From positions 1 to 55,665 of the forward strand of contig CAKOJO010000001.1 in NCBI GenBank assembly GCA_934090595.1: a stretch of 55,665 nt of DNA, read 5' to 3'. Origin of the DNA: an uncultured Bacilli bacterium (lineage in GTDB: Bacteria; Bacillota_I; Bacilli_A; RF39; UBA660). Below are positions 39,366 to 48,611 of the stretch, in pieces. Within the stretch, counting starts at the first letter, position 1. Each line of letters starts with the position of its first letter. The notes beneath the pieces are model-generated. The model ran no database searches. It saw nothing but the letters and a program-made list of their open reading frames with translations, and was not told the DNA's origin. Position numbers and translations under genes: made by a program.

Positions 39366-39933
39366 AGGAGGTTTTATATCATTAATATTTTTATTTCTTT
39401 TTCTTACTTATTCTAATATTTTTATTGATGTGAAATTTATTTATTATGATGAGTCTATTCCTTTGTTTTCTGTTATGGAAGTTGATAGTGTTGATAATCC
39501 TATTTCTTCTTTGGATGAGGCTATTGGAAGAGTTATAATTGATAAAATTAGTTTAGATAGAAAGTTTTATTCTTTTGATTCTGATTTAAATGATGTAAAT
39601 AAAAATGTTGCTATAATTTCTCCTTCTGATATGCCTGATGTTATTGGGGGAACTCTTATTCTTGCTGCTCATAGTGGGAATGTTAATACTGCATATTTTA
39701 AAAGACTTAATGAGCTTGTAATTGGTGATGTTGTAAATATTTATTATTCTGATATTAAATATGTTTATAAGATTTCTTCTTTTTATGAGGAAAAAAGAAA
39801 TAGTTCTGTAGTTATAAAAAGAGAAAAAATGAAAAATGTTTTAGTACTTACTACTTGTAAAATAGGTACAAAGAAGCAACTTGTGTATATTGCTAATCTT
39901 GTTAATAAGTGTAATGTTGATGACAATTGCTAA
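39349..39933 (+). CDS. Sortase-family transpeptidase (class not assigned)
   Basis: 194-aa ORF overlapping the adhesin 3' end by 17 nt. N-terminal TM, His motif LILAAHSG, and Cys motif VLVLTTC. Confidence 0.7.
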   Translation: MLKSIRGGFISLIFLFLFLTYSNIFIDVKFIYYDESIPLFSVMEVDSVDNPISSLDEAIGRVIIDKISLDRKFYSFDSDLNDVNKNVAIISPSDMPDVIGGTLILAAHSGNVNTAYFKRLNELVIGDVVNIYYSDIKYVYKISSFYEEKRNSSVVIKREKMKNVLVLTTCKIGTKKQLVYIANLVNKCNVDDNC

Positions 39934-39950
39934 TTTTTCTATAAAAACAC

Positions 39951-40044
39951 TTGCAAAAACATATAATTTATTGGTATAATATGTGCGAGTATTAAGTTAC
40001 TCCTTGCCTTTGTTAAAGGCCAGAGTCCAAAAGGAGGTGCAAAA
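39951..40044 (+). promoter_or_regulatory. rpsF promoter and structured 5' leader
   Basis: TTGCAA (39951), an 18-nt spacer, then an extended -10-like TGGTATAAT (39972-39980). The leader hairpin ACTC-CTTG-CCTTT-GTTA-AAAGG-CCA-GAGT (39999-40026) lies just before the AAGGAGGTG RBS. Confidence 0.5.
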
Positions 40045-40332
40045 ATGAAAAAGTATGAAATAATGTTTATTGTTAAACCTACTCTTGATGAAGCTGCTAT
40101 TAAAAAGGTTGCTGATGATGTAAAAGCAACATTTGAAAAGTTTAATAGTAATGTTTTAGAAGTTAAAGACATGGGTCAAAGAGATTTAGCTTATGAAATT
40201 AAAAAACATAAAAAAGGTTACTATTTCCTTTTTACAGTTGAAGCTACAGTAGATGCAATAGATGAATTTAATCATATCGTTAATATTAGCGAAAATATTA
40301 TTCGTGCATTAGTAGTAAAATTAGAAGATTAA
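40045..40332 (+). CDS. rpsF: 30S ribosomal protein S6
   Basis: MKKYEIMFIVKP...; 95 aa. rpsF-ssb-rpsR operon order. Confidence 0.95.
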   Translation: MKKYEIMFIVKPTLDEAAIKKVADDVKATFEKFNSNVLEVKDMGQRDLAYEIKKHKKGYYFLFTVEATVDAIDEFNHIVNISENIIRALVVKLED

Positions 40333-40343
40333 TGAGGTAAATT

Positions 40344-40850
40344 ATGAATAAAGTATGTTTAATTGGTAGATTAACTAGAGACCCTGAATTAAGATATACT
40401 TCAAGTAATAGAGCGGTTGCATCTTTTACTCTTGCTGTAAATAGACAATTTACTAATCAAAGTGGTGAAAGAGAAGCTGACTTTATACCTGTTGTTGTTT
40501 GGGGTAAACAAGCAGAAAACGTTAAAAATTATATTAATCAAGGAAGTCAAATCGCAGTTGAAGGTAGAATTCAAACAAGATCTTATGATGATCAAAATGG
40601 TCAAAAAAGATATGTTACTGAAGTTGTAGCAGATGCTGTTCATTTCATTGAATCTAGAGCTAGTCGTGAACAAAGAGGTAATGCTTCCGTTCAAAATAAT
40701 TATTCACAAAATAATTATCAATCTGCTCCAGTAAATAATGAAGCAACACCATATGATTTTGGTAATAATCAAACTACAAATGTAGTTGATGATCCATTCA
40801 AAGATTTTGGTGATGAAATTAAAATTGGAGACAATGAATTGCCTTTCTAA
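40344..40850 (+). CDS. ssb: Single-stranded DNA-binding protein
   Basis: OB-fold N-terminus [19 protein letters not shown], a Gln/Asn-rich linker, and an acidic tip ending NELPF. Confidence 0.95.
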   Translation: MNKVCLIGRLTRDPELRYTSSNRAVASFTLAVNRQFTNQSGEREADFIPVVVWGKQAENVKNYINQGSQIAVEGRIQTRSYDDQNGQKRYVTEVVADAVHFIESRASREQRGNASVQNNYSQNNYQSAPVNNEATPYDFGNNQTTNVVDDPFKDFGDEIKIGDNELPF

Positions 40851-40864
40851 GAAGGAGGAGAATT

Positions 40865-41080
40865 ATGGCAGAATTTTATAGAAAAAGAAAAAAAGTTTGT
40901 TACATGTGTGCTGGTAAACAAATTAATTATAAAGATGTAGAAATACTTAAAAAATATGTTAATGAAAAAGGTAAAATTTTACCTAGACGTGTAACTGGAG
41001 CTTGTGCTAAACATCAAAGATATATTGCTGAACAAATTAAAAGAGCTCGTATGATTGCTTTATTACCATTTACAAAATAA
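40865..41080 (+). CDS. rpsR: 30S ribosomal protein S18
   Basis: 71-aa ORF with KKVCYMC...[29 protein letters not shown]. Confidence 0.95.
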   Translation: MAEFYRKRKKVCYMCAGKQINYKDVEILKKYVNEKGKILPRRVTGACAKHQRYIAEQIKRARMIALLPFTK

Positions 41081-41106
41081 ACAAGAAATTGTTTATTTTT
41101 TTTCTT
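41075..41106 (+). terminator. Intrinsic terminator after rpsR
   Basis: AAATAAACA-AGAAAT-TGTTTATTT hairpin plus a T-run; it overlaps the stop codon. Confidence 0.7.
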
Positions 41107-41160
41107 TGTAAATGACATATGGTAAAAAATATAGTATAATAGAGTGGACAAGGAGGAGTT

Positions 41161-42120
41161 ATGGATTTTAAAAGTTTAAAAAAAATTCTGGCTAAGGAAT
41201 TGTTTTTATCAAAAAAAATTTTTATTCTTGGACATAACAATATGGATATGGATGCTTTTGCATCGGTTCTTGGTTTTTCTTTAATATGTAAGAAGTATAA
41301 GAAAAAGTTTTATTTAGTTAGTGATGATGTGGAATTTGATTATGGAATAAATAAGGCTCTTGAAAAGATGAAGGGTATTCATTTTATTGATAGTAAGGCT
41401 GCTGATGATTTAATTGATGATAAGAGTTTAATTGTTATATTAGATGTTAATAAGAAAAAACTTATTTGTTTAGATAAAATATCTTCTTATTCTAAAGTTA
41501 TTATAATAGATCATCATGATACTAATAGTGATACTATTAATACTGATTATTTATATATTGATAAGACTGTTAGTAGTGTTTCTGAAATTGTTTCTATGTT
41601 ACTTAGAAAGTTTAGGGTAAAGATACCAAAGATGTATGCAACATTGCTTTTATCTGGAATTATATTGGATACTAATGGACTTAGTTATAAACTTAATCGT
41701 AGGACTTTCTTTTACTGTTATTATTTACTTAGTAATAATGCTGATATGAATCAATCTCAAGAGTTATTAAAAGATGATTTTAATAGTTATTTGAGAAAGG
41801 TTAAATTGATTGAAAAGACTACTATGTATAATGATTTTGCAGTTGTTGTTGATAAGTCTAATGACATATATTCTAGAAAGGATATAGCAATGGTTGCAGA
41901 CTCTTTACTTACTTTTCAAGATATTAAGAGTTGTGTAGTTACTGCTAAAATAGGTGATGATGTTATTGGAATAAGTGCTAGATCTATTGATAAGATTGAT
42001 GTTAACAAATTTATGGCTAATTTTGGTGGCGGTGGTAATAAGAATGAAGGTGCTGCTGTTATAGAAAATGCTAAGATGAATGATATTGAAAATAAAATTC
42101 TTAAACTTATAAAGAGGTGA
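41161..42120 (+). CDS. Stand-alone DHH/DHHA1 phosphoesterase (GdpP/NrnA-like) in the gdpP position
   Basis: DHH motifs are present: DMDAFAS, ILDVN, IIDHHD and GIILDT. The DHHA1 glycine motif reads GGGGNKNEGAA, not GGGH. 319 aa with no TM, PAS or GGDEF part. Upstream of rplI. Confidence 0.7.
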   Translation: MDFKSLKKILAKELFLSKKIFILGHNNMDMDAFASVLGFSLICKKYKKKFYLVSDDVEFDYGINKALEKMKGIHFIDSKAADDLIDDKSLIVILDVNKKKLICLDKISSYSKVIIIDHHDTNSDTINTDYLYIDKTVSSVSEIVSMLLRKFRVKIPKMYATLLLSGIILDTNGLSYKLNRRTFFYCYYLLSNNADMNQSQELLKDDFNSYLRKVKLIEKTTMYNDFAVVVDKSNDIYSRKDIAMVADSLLTFQDIKSCVVTAKIGDDVIGISARSIDKIDVNKFMANFGGGGNKNEGAAVIENAKMNDIENKILKLIKR

Positions 42121-42124
42121 GATT

Positions 42125-42559
42125 ATGCAAGTTATATTTATAAAGGATTTAAAGAATCAAGGTAAAAAGGGAGAAATTAAGGAAGTAAAAGATGGATATG
42201 CACAAAACTTTTTAATTAAGAATGGTTATGCTGTTAAAAAGAATGATGTTAATATGAGTATTTTAAATAGACAAAAAAAAGAAGAAAAAGAACTTGATGA
42301 TTATAATAGAAAAATGGCTCTTGATATGAAAAACAAAATTGAGGGTGAAAAAATTTCTTTTGTTGTTAAAACAGGGGAAGGTGATAAGGTTTTTGGAAGT
42401 GTTTCTGCTAAACAAATTAAAGATAAACTTGAAAAGTATAATATTTCTAAGAATCAAATTGTTATAGATAGTCCACTTAGTAGTCTTGGTTATCATGAAG
42501 TTAGAATAGATTTGTATAAAGATATTTTTGCTATTGTAAGGGTTGAATTGAAGAAGTAG
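42125..42559 (+). CDS. rplI: 50S ribosomal protein L9
   Basis: MQVIFIKDLKNQGKKGEIKEVKDGYAQNFLI; 144 aa. Confidence 0.95.
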   Translation: MQVIFIKDLKNQGKKGEIKEVKDGYAQNFLIKNGYAVKKNDVNMSILNRQKKEEKELDDYNRKMALDMKNKIEGEKISFVVKTGEGDKVFGSVSAKQIKDKLEKYNISKNQIVIDSPLSSLGYHEVRIDLYKDIFAIVRVELKK

Positions 42560-42564
42560 GTGAT

Positions 42565-43926
42565 ATGGTGAATAGAGAAATACCACAAAATATAGAAGCT
42601 GAACAATCTGTTATTGGAGCAATGTTACTTTCTAAGAGTGCAATTGTTGAAGCAATAGAGAGCTTGGTTCCTGAAAGTTTTTATTTAGATAAACATGGTA
42701 AGCTTTTTAATGCCATTAAGAAGTTATATGATAATGGTATTCCGGTAGACTTTACGACACTTACTAATGAATTAAAAGATCAAGGTTTACTTAGTGCAGT
42801 TGGTGGAGTTGAGTATATAACTGAGATTATGGAACAGACTCCGATTGCTTCGAATGTTTCTTATTATATTAACATTGTTGAGGAAAAGAGTGTTTTAAGA
42901 AGACTTATTGATAGCGCTACTGATATTGCTTCTTTGGGATATAGTAATGAATATAATTTGGAAGAAACTTTGGATAAAGCTGAAAGTAAGATTTTAGAGG
43001 TTGTAAAAGATAGAAAGGCTACTGATTTTAAACATATGCCTGAGGTTCTTACTAATGTTCAAACTAATTTGGAAAAGCTTGCTGCTAATAAAGGAAAGAT
43101 TAGTGGGCTTTCTTCTGGTTATATTGATATTGATAAGTTGACTGATGGTTTTCATCCGGGAGAGCTTATTATTTTAGCGGCTCGTCCATCAGTTGGTAAG
43201 ACTGCTCTTGCTCTTAATATTGCACAAAATGTTGCAATTAATGATAAGAAGTCTGTTATTATATTTACTCTTGAAATGTTGGCTGAGCAAGTTGTTCCGC
43301 GTATGATTGCATCGGTTGGGCAAATTGAGGCTTTTAAATTAAAAAATGGTAATTTAGAGAATAAAGATTGGTCTAGGGTAACTAGTGCTATGGCTACTCT
43401 TGCTGATACGAATATCTATATAGCGGATACTACTAATATTACAGTTGGTGATATAAAGGCAAAGTCAAGAAGGGTTAAAGCACAAGATCCTAATTTAGCA
43501 CTTATTGTTATCGATTATCTTACATTAATTAGTGGAATGAGTAGATATTCTGGACAAAGACAACAAGAAGTTTCTGAAATATCTCGTGCTCTTAAGGCTC
43601 TTGCTTTGGAACTTCAAATACCAATTCTTGCTTTGGCACAGTTGTCGCGTGCTCTTGAGGCTCGTGAAGATAAAAGACCTATACTTAGTGATTTAAGGGA
43701 ATCTGGTCAAATAGAACAAGATGCTGATATTGTTGCATTTTTGTATCGTGATGATTATCATAATAAAGAGGTTAGTACTCCAGATAATATTAGTAAAATA
43801 GAAGTTATTTTGCGTAAGAATAGGAATGGTAGTACTGGTACTGCTGAGTTACTTTTCAAAAAGAATACTCAATCTTTTATGAATTATACTAATGATATTA
43901 AAGAGGTTGGTGATAAGAGTGAATAA
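42565..43926 (+). CDS. dnaB: Replicative DNA helicase (DnaB family; DnaC in B. subtilis nomenclature)
   Basis: N-terminus PQNIEAEQSVIGAML, Walker A ARPSVGKTALALN, Walker B VIDYL, and RESGQIEQDAD. Confidence 0.95.
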   Translation: MVNREIPQNIEAEQSVIGAMLLSKSAIVEAIESLVPESFYLDKHGKLFNAIKKLYDNGIPVDFTTLTNELKDQGLLSAVGGVEYITEIMEQTPIASNVSYYINIVEEKSVLRRLIDSATDIASLGYSNEYNLEETLDKAESKILEVVKDRKATDFKHMPEVLTNVQTNLEKLAANKGKISGLSSGYIDIDKLTDGFHPGELIILAARPSVGKTALALNIAQNVAINDKKSVIIFTLEMLAEQVVPRMIASVGQIEAFKLKNGNLENKDWSRVTSAMATLADTNIYIADTTNITVGDIKAKSRRVKAQDPNLALIVIDYLTLISGMSRYSGQRQQEVSEISRALKALALELQIPILALAQLSRALEAREDKRPILSDLRESGQIEQDADIVAFLYRDDYHNKEVSTPDNISKIEVILRKNRNGSTGTAELLFKKNTQSFMNYTNDIKEVGDKSE

Positions 43927-45418
43927 GACTAGTGCAATTTTTACAGTTTTTTTAGCTTTTGTTCTTGCTATTGGACTTGTTTTTATTGATAATACTAAAG
44001 ATGTTTATTATGAAGCGCAAGATGTTTATCGTGTTTATTTAGAAGGTAAGTCTATTGGACTTATTAAGTCTAAGAGTGAGTTTGAATCTTATATAAATGA
44101 AAAACAAAATGCTATAAAGGAACAGTATAATGTTTCTAGAGTGTATGAACCTAATAATTTAAAGATTGAAAAAGAAATTACTTATAATGAAAAAATTTCT
44201 TCTGTTGCTGAGGTTTATAATAAGATTTCTAATGAAAAGGCTTTTACTATTGATGGTTATATTGTTACCATAAAGAAGAAAGATAATGATTTGAAGCTTT
44301 ATGTACTTAATAAAAAGGTTTTTACCGATTCAATAAATGAAACTGTTAGATCGTTTGTTGATAAGGATAAATATGATGCTTATCTTAGGGAACAACAACA
44401 AGATATAGTGGATGAAGGAACTATTATTGAAAATGTTTATATAGAAGATGAAATTACTATTAAAAAAGGAAGGGTTCCTGTTAATGAAAAGATATTTTAT
44501 GATCATGATAGTGTTTCTGCGACAAAGGAGCTTACTAAGTATTTAATATTTGGTAATTTAGATAAACAAAAGACTTATAAATGTAAAACCAGTGATACAT
44601 TGGTTTCTATTGCAGAGGCTAATAAACTTAATATAAAAGAATTATTGGTTGCTAATAATGATTTATCTGGTGAGGATGCTCTTTTGTATGAGGGACAAGA
44701 ATTAGTTGTTAATCTGATTGAGCCTCAAATTACGGTTACTGAGGTTACACATGAGGTTGCTAAGCAAACTATTAAGTATGATACTATTGAACAAAAGGAT
44801 AGTTCTATGTATGTAGGACAATCTAAAACTGTTAAGAAGGGTGAAAATGGTGTAGAAAAGGTTACTAAGAAAGTACAAAGAAAGAATGGTTTTATAGTTA
44901 GTGCGGTTGGGGTTTCTTCTGAGGTATTGAAGGAACCTGTTGATAAGATTGTTAAAGTCGGAACTAAACGTACTACTTGGAGTGGTAGTTATATTGGTTC
45001 AATTAATTATAGTGCACCAGATGGTTATTGGGCATGGCCTACTAAGAGTGGATATTGTTTAACATCTAGTTATGGTGAATATCGTTCTTATGAAAGACAT
45101 TATGCACTTGATATTTCATGTACTGGTCTTGGTTCTCCAATATATGCTGCTCAGGGTGGTACTGTTACTGAAATTGCTACTGGTTATGGTAATAATACGA
45201 GTGTTGTAAATTATGGTAATTATGTTGAAATAAATCATGGTAATGGTGTTGTAACGTTATATGCCCATTTAAATAGTGTTAATGTTAGTGTTGGTCAGGT
45301 TGTATCTAAAAAACAAGTTATAGGAACTATGGGAAATTCAGGTTTTTCATTTGGTACACATCTTCATTATGCTGTGTATAGAAATGGTTCTGTTGTTAAC
45401 CCGTTCTCGCTTTATTAA
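43892..45418 (+). CDS. Membrane-anchored LysM, G5 and M23 metallopeptidase
   Basis: N-terminal TM. LysM segment (YKCKTSDTLVSIAEANKLNIKELLVANN). G5-like segment (TVKKGENGVEKVTKKV). M23 motifs HYALDIS, GNYVEINHGNGVVTLYAHL and GTHLHY. Alternative starts TTG 43907, GTG 43910 and GTG 43919 are possible. Confidence 0.8.
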   Translation: MILKRLVIRVNKTSAIFTVFLAFVLAIGLVFIDNTKDVYYEAQDVYRVYLEGKSIGLIKSKSEFESYINEKQNAIKEQYNVSRVYEPNNLKIEKEITYNEKISSVAEVYNKISNEKAFTIDGYIVTIKKKDNDLKLYVLNKKVFTDSINETVRSFVDKDKYDAYLREQQQDIVDEGTIIENVYIEDEITIKKGRVPVNEKIFYDHDSVSATKELTKYLIFGNLDKQKTYKCKTSDTLVSIAEANKLNIKELLVANNDLSGEDALLYEGQELVVNLIEPQITVTEVTHEVAKQTIKYDTIEQKDSSMYVGQSKTVKKGENGVEKVTKKVQRKNGFIVSAVGVSSEVLKEPVDKIVKVGTKRTTWSGSYIGSINYSAPDGYWAWPTKSGYCLTSSYGEYRSYERHYALDISCTGLGSPIYAAQGGTVTEIATGYGNNTSVVNYGNYVEINHGNGVVTLYAHLNSVNVSVGQVVSKKQVIGTMGNSGFSFGTHLHYAVYRNGSVVNPFSLY

Positions 45419-46140
45419 TGAAAGTTAGAGTGATTGGAAGTGGTTCTCGTGGTAATGCTACTATTGTAGAGACTGCTTCCTGTAATATTTTAATAGATGC
45501 AGGACTGACATATAAAAATATTTCAGAAAGACTAGGTGGAGATGTTCCTAATATTGACATTGTTGTTATTACTCATACTCATAAAGATCATATTGGAGGA
45601 CTTAAATCTGTATTGAAGAAGAATCCTATTGTTTATACTATGGCTGATCTTGGAAATTTAGTGTCTTATGATAAAATTAATAATGAAAGACAGTTTAGTA
45701 TTGGTGATACTTCTTTGAAATTGTTTGATTTGTCTCATGATAGTTATTGTTGTGGAATGATTATTAGTGATGGTGATAAAGAGCTTGTTTATATTACTGA
45801 TACTGGTTATATTAATAAGAATGTTTTAGAGGAAATTGGTAATAAGGATATATATATTATGGAAAGTAATCATGATGTTGATATGTTGAGACATAGTTCT
45901 AAACCATTTTATTTGCAAATGCGAATACTTAGTGATGAAGGGCATTTATCTAATGAACAGGCTCTTACCTATTTGAAGGGTCTGGTTGGTTCTAGAACTA
46001 AGTGTGTTATACTTGCTCATTTGTCTTTGGAAAATAATGATAGTAAGCTTGTATATGATACTATGCGTGATGGTTTGGATGATAATATAGAAATTCTTGT
46101 TGCTAAACAGTTTGATGCATTGGAAGAGATTGTTGTTTAA
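45418..46140 (+). CDS. MBL-fold metallo-hydrolase, YycJ/WalJ-like
   Basis: Beta-lactamase-fold motif ITHTHKDHIGG, plus downstream D and H residues. 240 aa. Adjacent to rlmH, as yycJ is in Bacillus. Confidence 0.75.
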   Translation: MKVRVIGSGSRGNATIVETASCNILIDAGLTYKNISERLGGDVPNIDIVVITHTHKDHIGGLKSVLKKNPIVYTMADLGNLVSYDKINNERQFSIGDTSLKLFDLSHDSYCCGMIISDGDKELVYITDTGYINKNVLEEIGNKDIYIMESNHDVDMLRHSSKPFYLQMRILSDEGHLSNEQALTYLKGLVGSRTKCVILAHLSLENNDSKLVYDTMRDGLDDNIEILVAKQFDALEEIVV

Positions 46141-46595
46141 TGATAAAGATTATTTGTATTGGAAAGTTGAAGGAAAAGTACTTTAGGGATGCTGTTTCTG
46201 AGTATCTTAAAAGACTTAGTAAGTATACTAAAATTTCTTTGATTGAAATTGCTGATTGTAGTGATGTAGATGTTAAGAGTTGTTTAGCTAAAGAGAAGGA
46301 AGCTATATTAAAAAATATTAAAGAAAAAGATAATGTTGTTTTGCTTGATGTTAATGGTATTGAGTATTCAAGTGTTTCGTTTTCTGATTTTATTAATGAT
46401 GAGCTTTCTTATAATAGTAATATTACTTTTATAATTGGGTCTTCAAATGGATTTGATGATGAAATATATAGTTTATTTAAGAAAAGAATATCTTTTTCTA
46501 AGATGACTTTTCCTCATCAACTGTTTAGAGTTTTATTACTTGAACAAATTTATCGTAGTTTTAAGATAATTAATAATGAAAAGTATCATAAGTAG
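46140..46595 (+). CDS. rlmH: 23S rRNA (pseudouridine1915-N3)-methyltransferase
   Basis: 151-aa SPOUT protein with N-terminus IKIICIGKLKEKYF and C-terminal region FSKMTFPHQLFRVLLLEQIYR. Confidence 0.88.
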   Translation: MIKIICIGKLKEKYFRDAVSEYLKRLSKYTKISLIEIADCSDVDVKSCLAKEKEAILKNIKEKDNVVLLDVNGIEYSSVSFSDFINDELSYNSNITFIIGSSNGFDDEIYSLFKKRISFSKMTFPHQLFRVLLLEQIYRSFKIINNEKYHK

Positions 46596-46636
46596 GTTAA
46601 TTCCTACTTTTTTTCATATAATTAATTGGTGATGAT

Positions 46637-47911
46637 ATGGAGCTTGTTAATAAACTTATTTGGGCTGTTGCAGTTTCTTTTCTTTTTTTATCTAGTATTT
46701 ATTTTACTTTTAAACTTAGATTTGTTCAACTTAGATTATTTAAAGTGTTGTCTTGTCTTAAAACTGAGAAGAGTCATAATGATATTAGTGCAAAGGATAG
46801 TTTAATTATGTCTTTGTCTTCGAAAATAGGGGTTGGTTCTTTAGCAGGAATTGCTTTTGCTATTTATTATGGAGGATTAGGCTCAGTTTTTTGGATATGG
46901 GTTATTACATTTTTAACTTCTATTAATTGTTTTGTGGAGAACATTTTATCAACTATATATAAAAAAGTTGACAATAATGGGTGTCAAGGAGGGCCTTTTT
47001 ATTATATTAAGTATGGTCTTAAAAAGAAGAAACTTGCCTTTTTATATGCTATTTTGGCTATTGTTTCTTATTCTACTGGATTTATAGCAATACAAAATAA
47101 TACTATGGTTTCTTTAATTGGAGATATGTATAATATAAATATTGTAATAGTTTCTTTTGTTATAACAATATTATCTTGTTTTGTTTTTTTAAAGGGAATT
47201 AAAACTGTTTCTAATCTTTGTAATAAAATTTTTCCAATTATGATGTTTATGTATTTATTTATTGGTTTAATAGTGTTTGTAAAAAATATTTCTTTTATTC
47301 CGGAGTTGTTTTTAAATATTTTTTATAGTGCATTTGATGTTAAATCAATATCTGGTGGTTTTTTATATGTGATGCTTATTGGTATTCAAAAAGGTATTTT
47401 TCAAACTGAAGCTGGTGTTGGTACTAGTGCAATGATAAGTGGGACTAGTAGTAATACTGATTTTATTAAACAAGGAAATACGGGAATTGTTTCTACTTAT
47501 TTTATTGGTTTTATAGTTTCTTTTGTTACGACTTTGATTATTGTCACTAGCGACTATGGAGTGTTTTCTTCGATGAATGGAATTGAACTTACTAAGTATG
47601 CTTTTAATTATCATTTTGGTTATATTGGAGAGGTTTTATTACTTATTATTTTAGTTTTATTTGCTTTTTCTACAATTATAACTGTCTATTATTATGCTCT
47701 TAGTAATTTGAAAGGACTTACTAACAAAAAATTGTTAATAAATATTCTTAAGATTGTTACAGTTTTGTCTTTGTTTGTAGGAGGCATTGTTTCATCTTAT
47801 GTTGTTTGGAGAACTATTGATATTTTTGTGGGATTACTTACTATTATAAATACTTATTCTATATTTATGCTTAAGGATGTTGTAGTTAAGAGGGTTAGGT
47901 CTAGTATTTAG
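46637..47911 (+). CDS. Sodium:alanine (AGCS family) symporter
   Basis: 424-aa polytopic ORF. The N-terminus (LIWAVAVSFLFLSSIYFTFKLRFVQLRLF) and GGPFYYI are typical of AGCS transporters. Confidence 0.75.
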   Translation: MELVNKLIWAVAVSFLFLSSIYFTFKLRFVQLRLFKVLSCLKTEKSHNDISAKDSLIMSLSSKIGVGSLAGIAFAIYYGGLGSVFWIWVITFLTSINCFVENILSTIYKKVDNNGCQGGPFYYIKYGLKKKKLAFLYAILAIVSYSTGFIAIQNNTMVSLIGDMYNINIVIVSFVITILSCFVFLKGIKTVSNLCNKIFPIMMFMYLFIGLIVFVKNISFIPELFLNIFYSAFDVKSISGGFLYVMLIGIQKGIFQTEAGVGTSAMISGTSSNTDFIKQGNTGIVSTYFIGFIVSFVTTLIIVTSDYGVFSSMNGIELTKYAFNYHFGYIGEVLLLIILVLFAFSTIITVYYYALSNLKGLTNKKLLINILKIVTVLSLFVGGIVSSYVVWRTIDIFVGLLTIINTYSIFMLKDVVVKRVRSSI

Positions 47912-47948
47912 TTTATTTTTGTTGTAAAATGTTTTTGGAGGTAGTATT

Positions 47949-48611
47949 ATGCTTAATAAAAAGTGGGATGTTGTTCTTCATGATGAGTTTTCTAAACCAT
48001 ATTTTAAAAAGTTAGTTAGTGATATACGTAATGAGTATAGAATACATACTGTTTATCCAAAAGCTGATGATGTTTTTAATGCTTTTAAATATACTGATTA
48101 TGATCAGGTAAAGGTTGTTATTTTAGGACAAGATCCTTATCATGGAGAGGGTGAGGCTATGGGACTTTCTTTTTCTGTTAATGATGGAATTAGAAAACCA
48201 CCTTCACTTTTAAATATTTATAAGGAGTTACATGATGATTTAGGTTATCCGATTGCAGAGAGTGGTAATTTGTCTAAATGGGCAAAGCAAGGTGTTTTTC
48301 TTTTAAATAGTATTCTTACTGTTGAGAAGGATAGTCCTTTGTCTCATAAAAAGTATAATTGGGAATTATTTACTGATGCAGTTATACAAAAGATTAATGA
48401 ACGTGATGTACCTGTTGTATTTATTTTATGGGGTAGTTATGCAAGAAGTAAGAAGAAGTTTATTACTAATCCTAATCATTTGATACTTGAATCTGTACAT
48501 CCTTCACCATTTTCTTGTTATAATGGTTTTTTTGGAAGTAGACCGTTTTCTAAAGCTAATGAGTTTTTGATATCAAAAAAAATTAGTCCAATAGATTTTT
48601 CTATAGACTAA
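47949..48611 (+). CDS. ung: Uracil-DNA glycosylase (family 1)
   Basis: Motifs VVILGQDPYH, GVFLLN and HPSPFS. Confidence 0.95.
   Translation: MLNKKWDVVLHDEFSKPYFKKLVSDIRNEYRIHTVYPKADDVFNAFKYTDYDQVKVVILGQDPYHGEGEAMGLSFSVNDGIRKPPSLLNIYKELHDDLGYPIAESGNLSKWAKQGVFLLNSILTVEKDSPLSHKKYNWELFTDAVIQKINERDVPVVFILWGSYARSKKKFITNPNHLILESVHPSPFSCYNGFFGSRPFSKANEFLISKKISPIDFSID

Noticed and set aside
48608-48611. Convergent stop-codon overlap of ung and the lemA-like gene (CTAA shared)
   Set aside because: It is real but trivial: a 4-nt overlap of convergent stops is a common compaction feature and implies no special mechanism.
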